Part shown: positions 29,526 through 39,216 of the stretch, in pieces
Layout: every line of letters starts with the position of its first letter
How positions within the stretch are numbered: position 1 is the stretch's first letter
Source: Spirochaetia bacterium
GTDB taxonomy: Bacteria > Spirochaetota > Spirochaetia > SZUA-6 > Bin103
DNA: 64,000 nt
Assembly: GCA_965208575.1 (NCBI GenBank)
Contig: CBDBOV010000004.1
Location: 672,001-736,000, forward strand
Direction of reading: 5' to 3'
Made by a program: the position numbers and the translations under genes
The notes under the pieces: generated by a model
The model's input: the letters and a program-made list of their open reading frames with translations, nothing else
What the model was told of the DNA's origin: nothing
Database searches by the model: none

Positions 29526-29621
29526 GGAGAGTGATGGGTGCCTGGTGGTCCCCGCGGTCTTCAAAACCGTTGTCGACCCTGCCGATGCAGGGCGAGGTGG
29601 GTTCGATTCCTACCCTCTCCG
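29526..29621 (+). tRNA. selC: tRNA-Sec (UCA), CCA not encoded
   Basis: Anticodon arm GCGGT-CTTCAAA-ACCGT, D-loop TGGT, long variable arm CCCTGC/GCAGGG, T arm GTGGG-TTCGATT-CCTAC, G discriminator; lies directly upstream of selD. Confidence 0.95.
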
Positions 29622-29643
29622 CACATACCTTGCAGCGAGGGGG

Positions 29644-30717
29644 GTGATCGAGTTGACGCGCGAAGAGATCTTTCGGCTCACGGCGCTGTCGTCGTGCGCC
29701 GGGTGAGCGGCCAAGCTCAGCCAACAGGCACTGGCCCAGGTCCTGGGTCAGCTTCCCGCGATCGACCATCCCAACGTGCTGATCGGTTCGGCTGCCGGCG
29801 ACGATGCAGGAGTGTACCGCCTCGATGCGGAGCGGGCACTGGTGCAGACGGCGGATTTCTTCACGCCCGTGGTCGACGACGGCTACACCTACGGGCGCAT
29901 CGCCGCCGCCAACGCGCTGTCCGACGTGTATGCGATGGGCGGTCGGCCGCTGTCGGCCCTCAACGTCCTCGGCTATCCGCCGGACCAGGTGCCCGACGCG
30001 GTGATCGCCGATATTCTGCGCGGCGGCGCCGACACCGCTCACGGCGCCGGGTGTGTGGTGATCGGTGGACATACGGTGCGCAACCCGGAACCGATCTACG
30101 GCATGGCGGTGACCGGGCTGGTGCATCCGGAACGGTTGCTCACCAAGGACGCGGCGCGGCCCGGGGATCTGCTGATGCTTACCAAGCCGCTGGGAACCGG
30201 CATCGTCACCACGGCCCTGAAACGCGGCGCCGCGCCGGCGCGGGCGGTGGAGCGGGCGGTGGCCGGCATGACGCAACTCAATAGGGCCGGTCCTGATCTC
30301 GCAGCATGCGGGTTGGTTGCCGCGACGGACGTTACCGGCTTCGGGCTGACCGGGCACCTCGCCGACCTGTGCGCCGCGAGCGCATGCGGCGCGGAGCTGT
30401 GGTACGACCGCGTGCCGGCGCTCGATGCCTCGCTCCCGGAGCTGATCGCGAACGGCTGCGTTCCCGGCGGCACCACGAACAACCTGGCCGCTGCCGCGGA
30501 GTCGGTTGACTGGGGCACCTGCCCGGAGCCGACCCGCGTCCTTCTCGCGGACGCGCAGACCAGCGGCGGGCTGCTGTTGTGCGTCCCCGAGGCGCGGCAT
30601 GGCGCGGTGTGCGCCGTGCTCGCCGCCCACGATGCCGTGGCAGCGATCGTGGGACGGGTGACGAGCGCGGCGGACGTCCCCGTTGTCGTCACGACCGCGC
30701 CTGCTCGGGGGTATTGA
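29644..30717 (+). CDS. selD: Selenide, water dikinase, Sec-containing (UGA 29704-29706)
   Basis: 'RLTALSSCAG-U-AAKL...DDAGVY...DFFTPVVDD...ANALSDVYAMGG...TDVTGFGL...DAQTSGGLL'; start is GTG 29644 or TTG 29653. Confidence 0.95.
29731..29751 (+). promoter_or_regulatory. Candidate SECIS hairpin of selD
   Basis: CTGGCCCAG-GTC-CTGGGTCAG, 9-bp stem with one G-U pair; G-initiated loop ~33 nt after UGA. Confidence 0.6.
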
Positions 30718-30918
30718 CGCCGTCACCGGCGGGAGCGCTCGCGCCGGGCAACCGCCTCGACGGCCGCCCTCGGCCTCGCTTCCCGACCGCTACCGCTTCG
30801 CGCACGTTCCGCGCACCGGCGGCACCGGGACCGCCACCCGCAGCCGGCATGGTTGCCACCCCTCGGCGCCGTGCGATCCGTGCCACGACGCCCCGGATGT
30901 GGCAGTATCGGCCGCGCG

Positions 30919-32487
30919 ATGAGCAGCTCAAGCGGCGGTCCGCCGCGCACTGACGACCGCAACGAAGCAGGCGTGCGCCCGGCCCGGCGCAACCCGTTCG
31001 AGTCGATTCCGCCGGTCAATCGACTGGTCGACGGACTCGCCGATCTGGGCCTCCCGCGCCGGTTGTGCGTCGATCTGGTGCGGAGCGAGCTGGACCGCAT
31101 CCGGGCCACCTTTCCGGTTCCGCCGCGCCCGGTGATCGAGGCGCGGGTGCGCAGCGCCGCGATGCGGTTGGCGGCTGCACGCCTGCAGCGGGTGATCAAC
31201 GCCACCGGGGTGCTTCTGCATACCAACCTGGGCCGCGCTCCGCTGGGCGACGCGACCGCCGCGCTGGCGGTGGCCACTGGTGGCTACAGCAACCTGGAGC
31301 TGGATCTGATCTCCGGCACGCGCGGCAGCCGGGGGCACTACGTGGAGCGCGCCCTGGCCGCCCTGTGCGAATCCGAAGCCGCTACCGTGGTGAACAACTG
31401 CGCCGCCGCCCTGCTGCTGGCGGCAAGCGCCGCGACCGCCGATCCCGAGCGCCGCGAGGTGATCGTGTCACGCGGCGAGCTGATCCAGATCGGCGGCGGA
31501 TTCCGCATTCCCGACATCCTTACCGCGGCGGGCGCGCGGCTACGGGAGGTCGGCACCACCAATCAGACCACGCGCTCCGACTACGCGGCCGCGTGCGGTG
31601 CCGGCACCGCGGCCCTGCTATCCGTGCACCGCAGCAACTTCGTCATGGAAGGATTCGTGGCCGCGCCGCGGCTCGGCGAGTTGCGCGAAGTGGCAGCGGA
31701 CGCCGGCGTGCCGTTGATAGCCGACCTCGGCAGCGGCGCCGTGACGCGCACCGACGCCGTCGCCGGCCTGCCGCGCGAGCCGCGCCCGCATGATGTACTG
31801 GCAGCCGGGGCGACGCTGGTGTGCTTCAGCGGCGACAAGCTCCTCGGCGGCCCGCAGGCTGGCGTGATCGTCGGCGAGGGGGCATGGATCGGCCGCCTGA
31901 AGGCGCATCCGCTGTTCCGGGCGCTGCGCCTCGACAAGGTGGCGCTGGCGCTGCTGCAGCAGACGGTGGACGGCCATCTGCACGACGCCGGCACGGTTCC
32001 GCTGCAGGCAATGCTGCATGCGCCGGTCGCCGCGCTCACGGCACGCGCGCGGGCCATCGTGCGCCGTCTGCCGGCCACCCTGCGAGCGGCAGCCACCGAC
32101 TGCACGAGCCGTCTTGGCGGCGGCACCCTGCCCGTGGCGACGCTGCCGTCCGCCGGCATCGCCATCGCGCAGCCCGGCGGCAGCGCCGACGCCCTCGCCG
32201 CCGCGCTGCGCCGCACCACCCCGCCGGTGATCGGCCACATCCACCGCGACCGGATCGTGCTCGACCTGCGCACCGTCCCGCCGCACGATGACGAAGCGTT
32301 GACGGCGGCGCTCACTTCGGCCGCGACCGCGCTGACTCCGGCGCCGGCCGTCGACGCACAGCATGAGACGCCGCCCGTTCCGGAGGCGCCGCCGCGGGAG
32401 CACGGCGCTGCGGCTCCGCCGGCGCCGGGCGGTGCCCCGACGGCGAACCCGGCGGGCGCCGCAGGCGCGGCAGTTCGGCGGCAATGA
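30919..32487 (+). CDS. selA: L-seryl-tRNA(Sec) selenium transferase
   Basis: 'RVINATGVLLHTNLGRAPL', 'SRGELIQIGGGFRIPD', 'FSGDKLLGGPQAG'; start approximate. Confidence 0.95.
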   Translation: MSSSSGGPPRTDDRNEAGVRPARRNPFESIPPVNRLVDGLADLGLPRRLCVDLVRSELDRIRATFPVPPRPVIEARVRSAAMRLAAARLQRVINATGVLLHTNLGRAPLGDATAALAVATGGYSNLELDLISGTRGSRGHYVERALAALCESEAATVVNNCAAALLLAASAATADPERREVIVSRGELIQIGGGFRIPDILTAAGARLREVGTTNQTTRSDYAAACGAGTAALLSVHRSNFVMEGFVAAPRLGELREVAADAGVPLIADLGSGAVTRTDAVAGLPREPRPHDVLAAGATLVCFSGDKLLGGPQAGVIVGEGAWIGRLKAHPLFRALRLDKVALALLQQTVDGHLHDAGTVPLQAMLHAPVAALTARARAIVRRLPATLRAAATDCTSRLGGGTLPVATLPSAGIAIAQPGGSADALAAALRRTTPPVIGHIHRDRIVLDLRTVPPHDDEALTAALTSAATALTPAPAVDAQHETPPVPEAPPREHGAAAPPAPGGAPTANPAGAAGAAVRRQ

Positions 32488-34442
32488 GGACGCATCACTA
32501 CATCGCGGCTACCGCCGGCCACATCGACCATGGCAAGAGTTCGCTGGTGCAGGCTCTGACCGGCACCAACCCCGACCGGTTGCCGGAGGAGAAGCGGCGC
32601 GGCATTACCATCGAACTCGGTTTCGCGCACCTGGAGCTGCCGATGCCGGAACAAGACCTCACCCTGTTGGTGGGGATCGTGGACGTGCCGGGGCACGAGG
32701 ATTTCGTCAAGAACATGGTCGCCGGCATGGGTGCCGTGGACGTCGCCTTGCTCGTGGTGGCTGCCAATGAGGGCTGGATGCCGCAGACCGAGGAGCACCT
32801 GCAGATCGTCGAGTACCTCGGCGCGCGCTCCGGTGTGGTCGTCCTCACCAAGGCGGACCTGGTCCCGGACCCGGCGCCGCGGGTGGCCGAGATCCGCACC
32901 GCGGTGGCCGGCAGCGGCTTCGCGGACTGCCCCATCGTTCCGGTTTCGGTGGTCGACGGCACCGGGCTCGACGCGCTGCGCACGGCGGTCGGCGCCCAGT
33001 TGCAGTCGCTGCCTCCCGAGCCGCCCGCGGGCACGCCGCGCCTCGCGGTGGACCGCGCGTTCGCCGTGGCCGGCGCCGGCACGGTCGTCACCGGCACGCT
33101 CTCCGGCGGCTCTCTGCGGCGCGGCCAGGAGGTGGAGGCGTGGCCGGGCGGGGCGCGCGCCCGCATCCGCGGCGTGGAGAGCTTCAACCGATCCGCCGAC
33201 CGTGCCGGCCCCGCCACCCGCGTCGCCCTGAACCTCGCCGCCACCGGCTCCTCGCGCGCGGCTCGCCGCCCGCGTCGCGGCGACCTGATCACCCCGCCGG
33301 ACAGCGTGACCGCAACCGCATACGTCGATGCGCTGGTCGCATGCAGCCCGCGAGGCGGCTCCGAACGCGCCGCCCCGCTGCTGCGCGACGGACTCCGCGT
33401 GCGCGTGCATCACGGCACCGCCAACGTGCCCGGCACCGTCCGCCTGCAGGCGGACCACCCGCGCGGCGGCCTGCAGCCCGGCACGTCCGCCCTGGCACGG
33501 ATTCACCTGGACGAGCCGCGCGCCCTGCTCATCGGCGACCGCTTCGTGCTGCGCGACTGGTCACAGCGCCACACCCTGGCCGGCGGCGTGGTGCTCGATC
33601 CGGCGCCGCCCCGACCGCTGCGCGACCGCGTGCAGCGCGCGCAGTTGCAGGCCATCGGCGACGCCCCGCGGCAGGTCGCACCTATCCTCCTGGCACGCAC
33701 GGCGGGCGACGCCATGGTCGCGCTGCCGGAGTTTGCCCGGCTCGTACCCGTTGCCCCGGCCGAGCTGGAGCGCACCGCGAACACGCTCGCCGCGGACCGT
33801 CGGCTGCAGGTGTTCGACCGGTTCGCCGCCAATGCCGAGTGGTTCGACGGCCAGGTGGCGGCCGCCGCGGAAGCAATCGATGCCGAACTGCGCGAACACC
33901 CCGAACGCCCGGGGGTTCCGGTTACGGCGCTGCACGCGGTGGTTGCGCCGCCGGCGGGCACCATCCCCCGGCGCGCGGCCGGCGCCCTGCGCGATGCCGT
34001 CCTCGCCGTGTTGGCGGCACGCGGCTATCGCCGCTCGGGAGCGCTGATCCGCCCGCCCGGTCATGCGGCGGCTCTGCCGGCGCATCTCGCGCGGGCGGCG
34101 GAAGCAATGCGCACCACCCTGGCCGCGGCGCCCCTGGCACCGCCGAGCCGCGGTCAACTCGCACCTGACCGGACGGGTCAGGCGATACTCGAATACCTGG
34201 TCAATTCGGGCGAGGTGGTGCAACTCGATAAAGACGTGGTGCTTCGCGCGGACGCCTACGAACGGGCGCGCGATGCTGTCGTTGCCCACCTGCGGCGCCA
34301 CCGCGCAGCCACCACCAGCTCCCTGCGGACGGCGATCGGCGCCAATCGCCGGGTCATCATTCCTTTGCTCGAACGGCTCGACCGCGACGGCGTGACGCTA
34401 CGCGTCGGTAACGAACGCCGCCTCGCGACCCCCGGCACGTAA
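32484..34442 (+). CDS. selB: Selenocysteine-specific elongation factor
   Basis: 'TAGHIDHGKS...DRLPEEKRRGITIELGFA...DVPGHEDFVKNM...TKAD'; C-terminal winged helix 'RRVIIPLLERLD'. Confidence 0.95.
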   Translation: MRTHHYIAATAGHIDHGKSSLVQALTGTNPDRLPEEKRRGITIELGFAHLELPMPEQDLTLLVGIVDVPGHEDFVKNMVAGMGAVDVALLVVAANEGWMPQTEEHLQIVEYLGARSGVVVLTKADLVPDPAPRVAEIRTAVAGSGFADCPIVPVSVVDGTGLDALRTAVGAQLQSLPPEPPAGTPRLAVDRAFAVAGAGTVVTGTLSGGSLRRGQEVEAWPGGARARIRGVESFNRSADRAGPATRVALNLAATGSSRAARRPRRGDLITPPDSVTATAYVDALVACSPRGGSERAAPLLRDGLRVRVHHGTANVPGTVRLQADHPRGGLQPGTSALARIHLDEPRALLIGDRFVLRDWSQRHTLAGGVVLDPAPPRPLRDRVQRAQLQAIGDAPRQVAPILLARTAGDAMVALPEFARLVPVAPAELERTANTLAADRRLQVFDRFAANAEWFDGQVAAAAEAIDAELREHPERPGVPVTALHAVVAPPAGTIPRRAAGALRDAVLAVLAARGYRRSGALIRPPGHAAALPAHLARAAEAMRTTLAAAPLAPPSRGQLAPDRTGQAILEYLVNSGEVVQLDKDVVLRADAYERARDAVVAHLRRHRAATTSSLRTAIGANRRVIIPLLERLDRDGVTLRVGNERRLATPGT

Positions 34443-34464
34443 CGGCTGCCACCGTAGCGCTGCA

Positions 34465-34749
34465 TCACTCCGCGGCGTTGCGGTGTTCAAACTCCTCGAA
34501 GAACCTCTGCGCGCGAACTCCGCGTCCGGCGCGGGCCTGATCGAGCCCTTTGCGGATACCGGCGACCGCGGCTGCGTAATCGAGTTGATCCTGAACCTCC
34601 TGCCACGCCTGCGCGTCCATGACGACCAGCGCCGGTCTGCCGTTCACGGTCAGCACGGAGGGTCGGCCCGTGTCCTTGAGGCGAGTCAGAAAGCGCGCGG
34701 TGTCGCGCTTGAACTCGGTCAGCGGGCGAATGTCCTTGGTGATATCCAT
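34465..34749 (-). CDS. Orphan Phd/YefM antitoxin
   Basis: 'DIRPLTEFKRDT...GRPSVLTVNGRPALVVMD'; no toxin follows; upstream inverted repeat TATTCG...CGAATA (34768-34793). Confidence 0.88.
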   Translation of the reverse strand: MDITKDIRPLTEFKRDTARFLTRLKDTGRPSVLTVNGRPALVVMDAQAWQEVQDQLDYAAAVAGIRKGLDQARAGRGVRAQRFFEEFEHRNAAE

Positions 34750-34813
34750 GGCACCCCCTCAGCGTCTTATTCGATGCTTATGATATGCGAATACAGCCCG
34801 TATGCCAATGCGG

Positions 34814-36454
34814 TCAGTTGTGCAGGAGTTGCGCGGCGGCCTGCTTGGCTTGCTGCAGGTCGGCCGCGAACGACTCCGCCGGCAGGCGGTCGAAGATGCC
34901 CAGGGCGGTGAGGGAGGTCTTCATCTCCGCCGACAGGCCGGCGACGATGCAGCCCTTGTCCTGGTCGAGCACGCTGCCGTTGATCAGTTCCTCCATCGCC
35001 ATCGCGGCGTTGTCGTCCATCGCCTCGGTTGCGCTGAAGTCGAAGATCACCACCTCGTGGTCTGCCAGGTCGGGGCTGATGACGCGCACGATCTCGCGCG
35101 CGGAGGCGATCGAGTAGCGGCCGCGCAGGGAGAGCAGACCAACGCGGGCGTGGAACGGATCCGCGCCGGCGGGCAGGCGATCCTCGCCGAACAGGACCAT
35201 GTCCAGGAGCGGTGTCGAGACGGTCTGGTTGATCTCCCGGTGCTGCGAGCGCATCGCGTGCGCCATGCCGGCGACGAAGAAGCCGACCGCGATGGCGGAG
35301 ATCACGTCGACAAACATGGACAGCGCCGCGGTAAGCAGGGTCACGATGCCGATCTCCGGCGACAGCCTGGGGATGCGGCGCAGGAAGCGTACGTCCATCA
35401 TGTCCCAGCCGACCTTGATCAGGATGCCGGCGAACGCGGCATGGGGGATCCATGCCAGGGTGTTGCCGAGCCCGAACAGCACGGCCAGCAGGACCGCGGC
35501 GCACACCACCCCGGTCAACGGCGTGCGTCCGCCCGACCGGGCGGCCAGCAGCGAGCAGGGCGCCGACGCCGCTCCGGGCAGCGCTCCGAGCAGCCCGGCC
35601 GCGATGTTGCCCACGCCCAGCCCGAACAGCTCGCGGTTGGGCTTGTGGGTGCGCCCCGCGATCGGATCGATGATCAGCGCCGTGAGCAGGTTGTAGATCG
35701 AGCTGAGGAACGCCAGGATCAGGGCCGGCTGGATCGCCTCCACCAGCACCGAGGTGGTGAGCACCGGAGCCTGCAGCGCCGGAATGCCGATCTCGGGCTC
35801 GCCGATGCGGGTCGCCCCATCGAACAGCAGGGCACCCGCGACCGTTGCCACGATCAGCGCGACCAGGGCGTTGGGCACCACGCGGTGCAGCTTCGCCGGC
35901 CACAGCGCGAATACCAGGAGCGACGTGGTGGCCACGGCGAACGCGTCGACGTTGAGGTTGGCCAACGCACGCGGCCAGGAAGCGATGATGGCCACCACTC
36001 CGATACCCGGCTCGACCGGCGCGCCCACGAACCACAGCGTCTGGGTCATGAAGATGTAGCCGCCCACGCCCACGAACACGCCGCGCACCACCGAGAACGG
36101 CAGCCAGTTGATGAACCGGCCGAGGCGCAGCGCGCCGAACACGATCTGCATGAAGCCGGCCATCATCATGATCGTGAACGCCTCCGCCATGCTGTCCGCG
36201 TAGGTGCCAATGATCGCCGCCGTAAAGATGGTCACGATCGCGCTCGGACCGGAGATCATCGGAGCGGCCCCGCCGAGCACCGCGGTGAACAAGCCGACCG
36301 CGATCGCGCCGTAGAACGCCGCCACCGGCCCGAGCCCGGACAGCACGCCGAACCCGAGCGCCACCGGCACCATCATCACCGCCGCAACGATGCCGCCGAA
36401 CACGTCCCCTTTCAGGTCACTCAGGCCGTACGTCCGCCGATTGCCGCCACGCAT
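34814..36454 (-). CDS. SulP family inorganic anion transporter with STAS domain
   Basis: 'GDVFGGIVAAVMMVPVALGFG', 'ISGPS', 'NRELFGLGVGN', C-terminal STAS. Confidence 0.92.
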   Translation of the reverse strand: MRGGNRRTYGLSDLKGDVFGGIVAAVMMVPVALGFGVLSGLGPVAAFYGAIAVGLFTAVLGGAAPMISGPSAIVTIFTAAIIGTYADSMAEAFTIMMMAGFMQIVFGALRLGRFINWLPFSVVRGVFVGVGGYIFMTQTLWFVGAPVEPGIGVVAIIASWPRALANLNVDAFAVATTSLLVFALWPAKLHRVVPNALVALIVATVAGALLFDGATRIGEPEIGIPALQAPVLTTSVLVEAIQPALILAFLSSIYNLLTALIIDPIAGRTHKPNRELFGLGVGNIAAGLLGALPGAASAPCSLLAARSGGRTPLTGVVCAAVLLAVLFGLGNTLAWIPHAAFAGILIKVGWDMMDVRFLRRIPRLSPEIGIVTLLTAALSMFVDVISAIAVGFFVAGMAHAMRSQHREINQTVSTPLLDMVLFGEDRLPAGADPFHARVGLLSLRGRYSIASAREIVRVISPDLADHEVVIFDFSATEAMDDNAAMAMEELINGSVLDQDKGCIVAGLSAEMKTSLTALGIFDRLPAESFAADLQQAKQAAAQLLHN

Positions 36455-36549
36455 GTACCGGCATCATCCCCTGCTTTGCGCACGTCCTGCAAAGCGCATG
36501 GCGTCGAGGCCTGGTGGCGGTTTCGCGCATTTGGCTTATTCTTGCACCC

Positions 36550-36771
36550 ATGGAGTTTCAGCGGATTTCCATCAACCCGAAAGTCTGCGATGGCAAGGCA
36601 ACGGTCAAAGACACTCGCATGACGGTCGAGTTCGTCCTGAGGCTGTTGGGAGCCGGGTATACGGCGCATGACGTAGTCCACGAGTACCCGATTCTGGAGC
36701 TTGCCGATGTCTACGAGTGCGCGTCATACGGCGCTTGGCTGGCAAGCGGTAACCCCGTTTCCGTAGGATGA
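36550..36771 (+). CDS. DUF433 antitoxin-like protein
   Basis: 'RISINPKVCDGKATVKDTRMTVEFVLRLL..G......EYP.L'. Confidence 0.88.
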   Translation: MEFQRISINPKVCDGKATVKDTRMTVEFVLRLLGAGYTAHDVVHEYPILELADVYECASYGAWLASGNPVSVG

Positions 36772-37006
36772 GGTTGATCTCCGACATCCACATTTCTCCT
36801 CGCACTGTTCAGTTCCTCAACTCGATTGGGCACGACGTCATCTCGATACTATCGGTCTTGCCTCCGAACGCTCCGGACCGGGACATCGTGCGAACGTGAA
36901 TGTACGATTGCGCGAAGTCCTCCCCACCTTGGAGGGCACCGTAGCTGAGGGATTCATCGCGACGGTCGATAACACCAGGACCAGGACGCGGAGGCTGCCA
37001 CTGTAG
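36768..37006 (+). pseudogene. DUF5615 PIN-like toxin with internal deletion and frameshift
   Basis: 'MRLISDIHISPRTVQFLNSIGHDV...APDRDIV' fused out of frame to the C-terminus 'VNVRLREVLPTLE...ATVDNTRTRTRRLPL*'. Confidence 0.7.
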
Positions 37007-37099
37007 TGAGGACTCGCCGCCGGCTGGCTCCGAGCCCCGCTGGAGCTTCCCCGCGCATAATGTGGGCCGCTCACGTAATCTGCCGCCCGTCTCGCTGAG

Positions 37100-37148
37100 G
37101 CGGGAAAACATTTCCCACCCTTGCCGTGAGCGGGAACTATTCGCCCGC
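37100..37148. promoter_or_regulatory. Tandem upstream activator sites for a sigma54 activator
   Basis: Two imperfect palindromes, GCGGGAAAACATTTCCCAC and GCGGGAACTATTCGCCCGC, starting 30 bp apart upstream of the -24/-12 box. Confidence 0.55.
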
Positions 37149-37211
37149 GAGGGCCACGCCGCGGGAACCCCGTTGCCGACAAAGAACTGTGGCGAGGCAG
37201 GAATCCGCGGT

Positions 37212-37227
37212 TGGCACACTTTCTGCT
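37212..37227 (+). promoter_or_regulatory. sigma54 (-24/-12) promoter
   Basis: TGGCACACTTTCTGCT: GG-N10-GC spacing. Confidence 0.75.
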
Positions 37228-37297
37228 TATTCGTGGTATCCCGCGATGGAAGGACCATCGCAATCAAGCACTACCGCAACAGCGGAGGAGGAATACC

Positions 37298-37870
37298 ATG
37301 AGTATTCGCAAGTACAAGAAGAGCGTGATCGCCGGATGCGCGGCCGTGGCCGCGGCGCTCGTCGTCCTGCCGGCAGCGGCCCGTACCTGGCACGGCATGT
37401 GGAGCAACGACGCCGAAACCGGCGCCCTGGTGGCCACCGTGGACCCGGACGGCCCCTCGGCGCACGCCGGCTTGCAGCGCGGCGACATCATTCTCGATGT
37501 CGACGGCGTCACGATCGAAAATCACCGCGATTTCCTCGCGGCGATCAGCGAGAACGGTGTCGACGACACCCTGAGGGTGGCTCTGCGGCGCGGCAACGAG
37601 TCGGTGTCCCTCGACCTGACGGTCGGCGAGAACGAGCGCGGCCCGTATCTCGGTCTGCTGCTCGTGCCCGGCGGCGCCGGGGCGTTCCGGGCGGAGACCT
37701 TCGGCGACCTGCGGGAGCGTCGTTCGCGCGGCAACCGTGCATGGCGCGGCGACCGCTCTTCCGGCGGCCGCGGCATGGGCCGCGGCGGCTGGCACCGCGG
37801 CGCTGCCGGGGTCAAGGGTCAGGAAGCTCAGCAGCAGAACACCGCCGCAACCGTGGGCGGCTCGGCGTAG
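37298..37870 (+). CDS. Secreted single-PDZ-domain protein with Arg/Gly-rich tail
   Basis: SD GGAGGAGG; signal peptide; 'GALVATVDPDGPSAHAGLQRGDIILDVDG'. Confidence 0.82.
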   Translation: MSIRKYKKSVIAGCAAVAAALVVLPAAARTWHGMWSNDAETGALVATVDPDGPSAHAGLQRGDIILDVDGVTIENHRDFLAAISENGVDDTLRVALRRGNESVSLDLTVGENERGPYLGLLLVPGGAGAFRAETFGDLRERRSRGNRAWRGDRSSGGRGMGRGGWHRGAAGVKGQEAQQQNTAATVGGSA

Positions 37871-37977
37871 CGGGCAACGTACCATAGTCCGCACCGCGGG
37901 ATGGCGGCCACCTTCGGCGCCATCCCCGGTTTCGTTTGCGCGGCATCCGTGCTTGAATGGCGGGAGAGCGACACACC

Positions 37978-39216
37978 ATGAGACAGCCGACACGAGGCGC
38001 ACGGCTCGGCTTCGGCATAGCGCTGGCCGCGTTCGCCGCGGTCAGCCTGCTGGCCACCCTCTCCCTGCGCGGCGAGCGCGAGCGCAACCGGTTGCTGGCG
38101 CAGTACGAGGCGGAACGGATCGCCTCCGGGCTGTTCCTGATCGTCGCCCAGGCGGCGGCCGGTGCCGAGGTCGACGCCTCGCTCACCGACCCGATCGTGC
38201 GGGCCGCCACCTACGACGCCGCCGGCCGCGTCGAGCCGATTCGCATCGGCGCCGTGCCGCCGAGCATCGATCCTCAGCTCCTGCAACCGGGCCAGGATCG
38301 CTTCGACTACGATCCGGCGCAGCGCACCCTTACCCTCTTTCGCCGCCGCTGGCTGCCCGACAACATGCGCGCCCGCGGCGCCTCCCGCCGCGGCGGGAGG
38401 CGCCCGGGCGGCCACGAATACGTCCTCCTGGAGATGGATGCCACCGACTACTTCCGCACCGACCGCCGGTTGCGTGCCGCCCAGATCGGAAGCCCCTTGC
38501 TGATCGCGGCGGTCGTGGGCGGCGGCGCCGTGCTGATGCGCAACAATGCACGCTTCCGGCGCCGCCTCGACGCCCAGCGCCAGCTCGTGGAACTGGGCGA
38601 GGCGGCGCGCACGCTGACCCACGAGATCAAGAATCCGCTTAGCGCGATCCGCCTCAAGACCGCCATCCTGCGGCGCACCGCGGGCGGCGGTGCCACCGCC
38701 GACCTGCAGGTGATCGACGACGAGGTAAACCGCCTGGCGCTGCTTGCCGACCGGGTGAGCGAGTTCATTCGAGACCCGGCCGGCAACCGCGCACCGATCG
38801 ACCTGGGGCCGCTGCTCGACGCCCTGACCGAACGCCATCCGGCGCTTGAGGTGCAGCGCCCCGAGGCTCCGCTGACCGTGCGCTTCGACCGCGAGCGGCT
38901 GCGCTCGGTGCTCGACAACCTGGTGCTCAATGCCCTCGAGAGCAGGGTGGATTCGGCTCCCGTCGAGGTAGTGGCGGAGGCGACCGCCCGTACCGCGACC
39001 GTGCGCATCCTCGACCGCGGCGCCGGCATCGCCGCAGGCGAGCGCGAGCGCGTGTTCGACCCCTTCTTCACCACCAAGCCGAAGGGCTCCGGCATCGGCC
39101 TGGCGATCTGCAGGCGATTCGTGCAGGCCGCCGGCGGCACCCTGCAGTTGCGCCCACGCGCCGGCGGCGGCACCGAGGCGACAGTCACCCTGGCGCGGGA
39201 GCGGCCGGCGCCATGA
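37978..39216 (+). CDS. Sensor histidine kinase (ZraS/NtrB-like)
   Basis: Two TM segments; 'HEIKNPL', 'NLVLNA', 'DRGAGI', 'FDPFFTTK..GSGIGL'. Confidence 0.92.
   Translation: MRQPTRGARLGFGIALAAFAAVSLLATLSLRGERERNRLLAQYEAERIASGLFLIVAQAAAGAEVDASLTDPIVRAATYDAAGRVEPIRIGAVPPSIDPQLLQPGQDRFDYDPAQRTLTLFRRRWLPDNMRARGASRRGGRRPGGHEYVLLEMDATDYFRTDRRLRAAQIGSPLLIAAVVGGGAVLMRNNARFRRRLDAQRQLVELGEAARTLTHEIKNPLSAIRLKTAILRRTAGGGATADLQVIDDEVNRLALLADRVSEFIRDPAGNRAPIDLGPLLDALTERHPALEVQRPEAPLTVRFDRERLRSVLDNLVLNALESRVDSAPVEVVAEATARTATVRILDRGAGIAAGERERVFDPFFTTKPKGSGIGLAICRRFVQAAGGTLQLRPRAGGGTEATVTLARERPAP

Noticed and set aside
36900-37200. Possible group II intron or structured RNA
   Set aside because: Explained by the DUF5615 C-terminus and sigma54 activator sites; no domain V or GUGCG 5' end seen.
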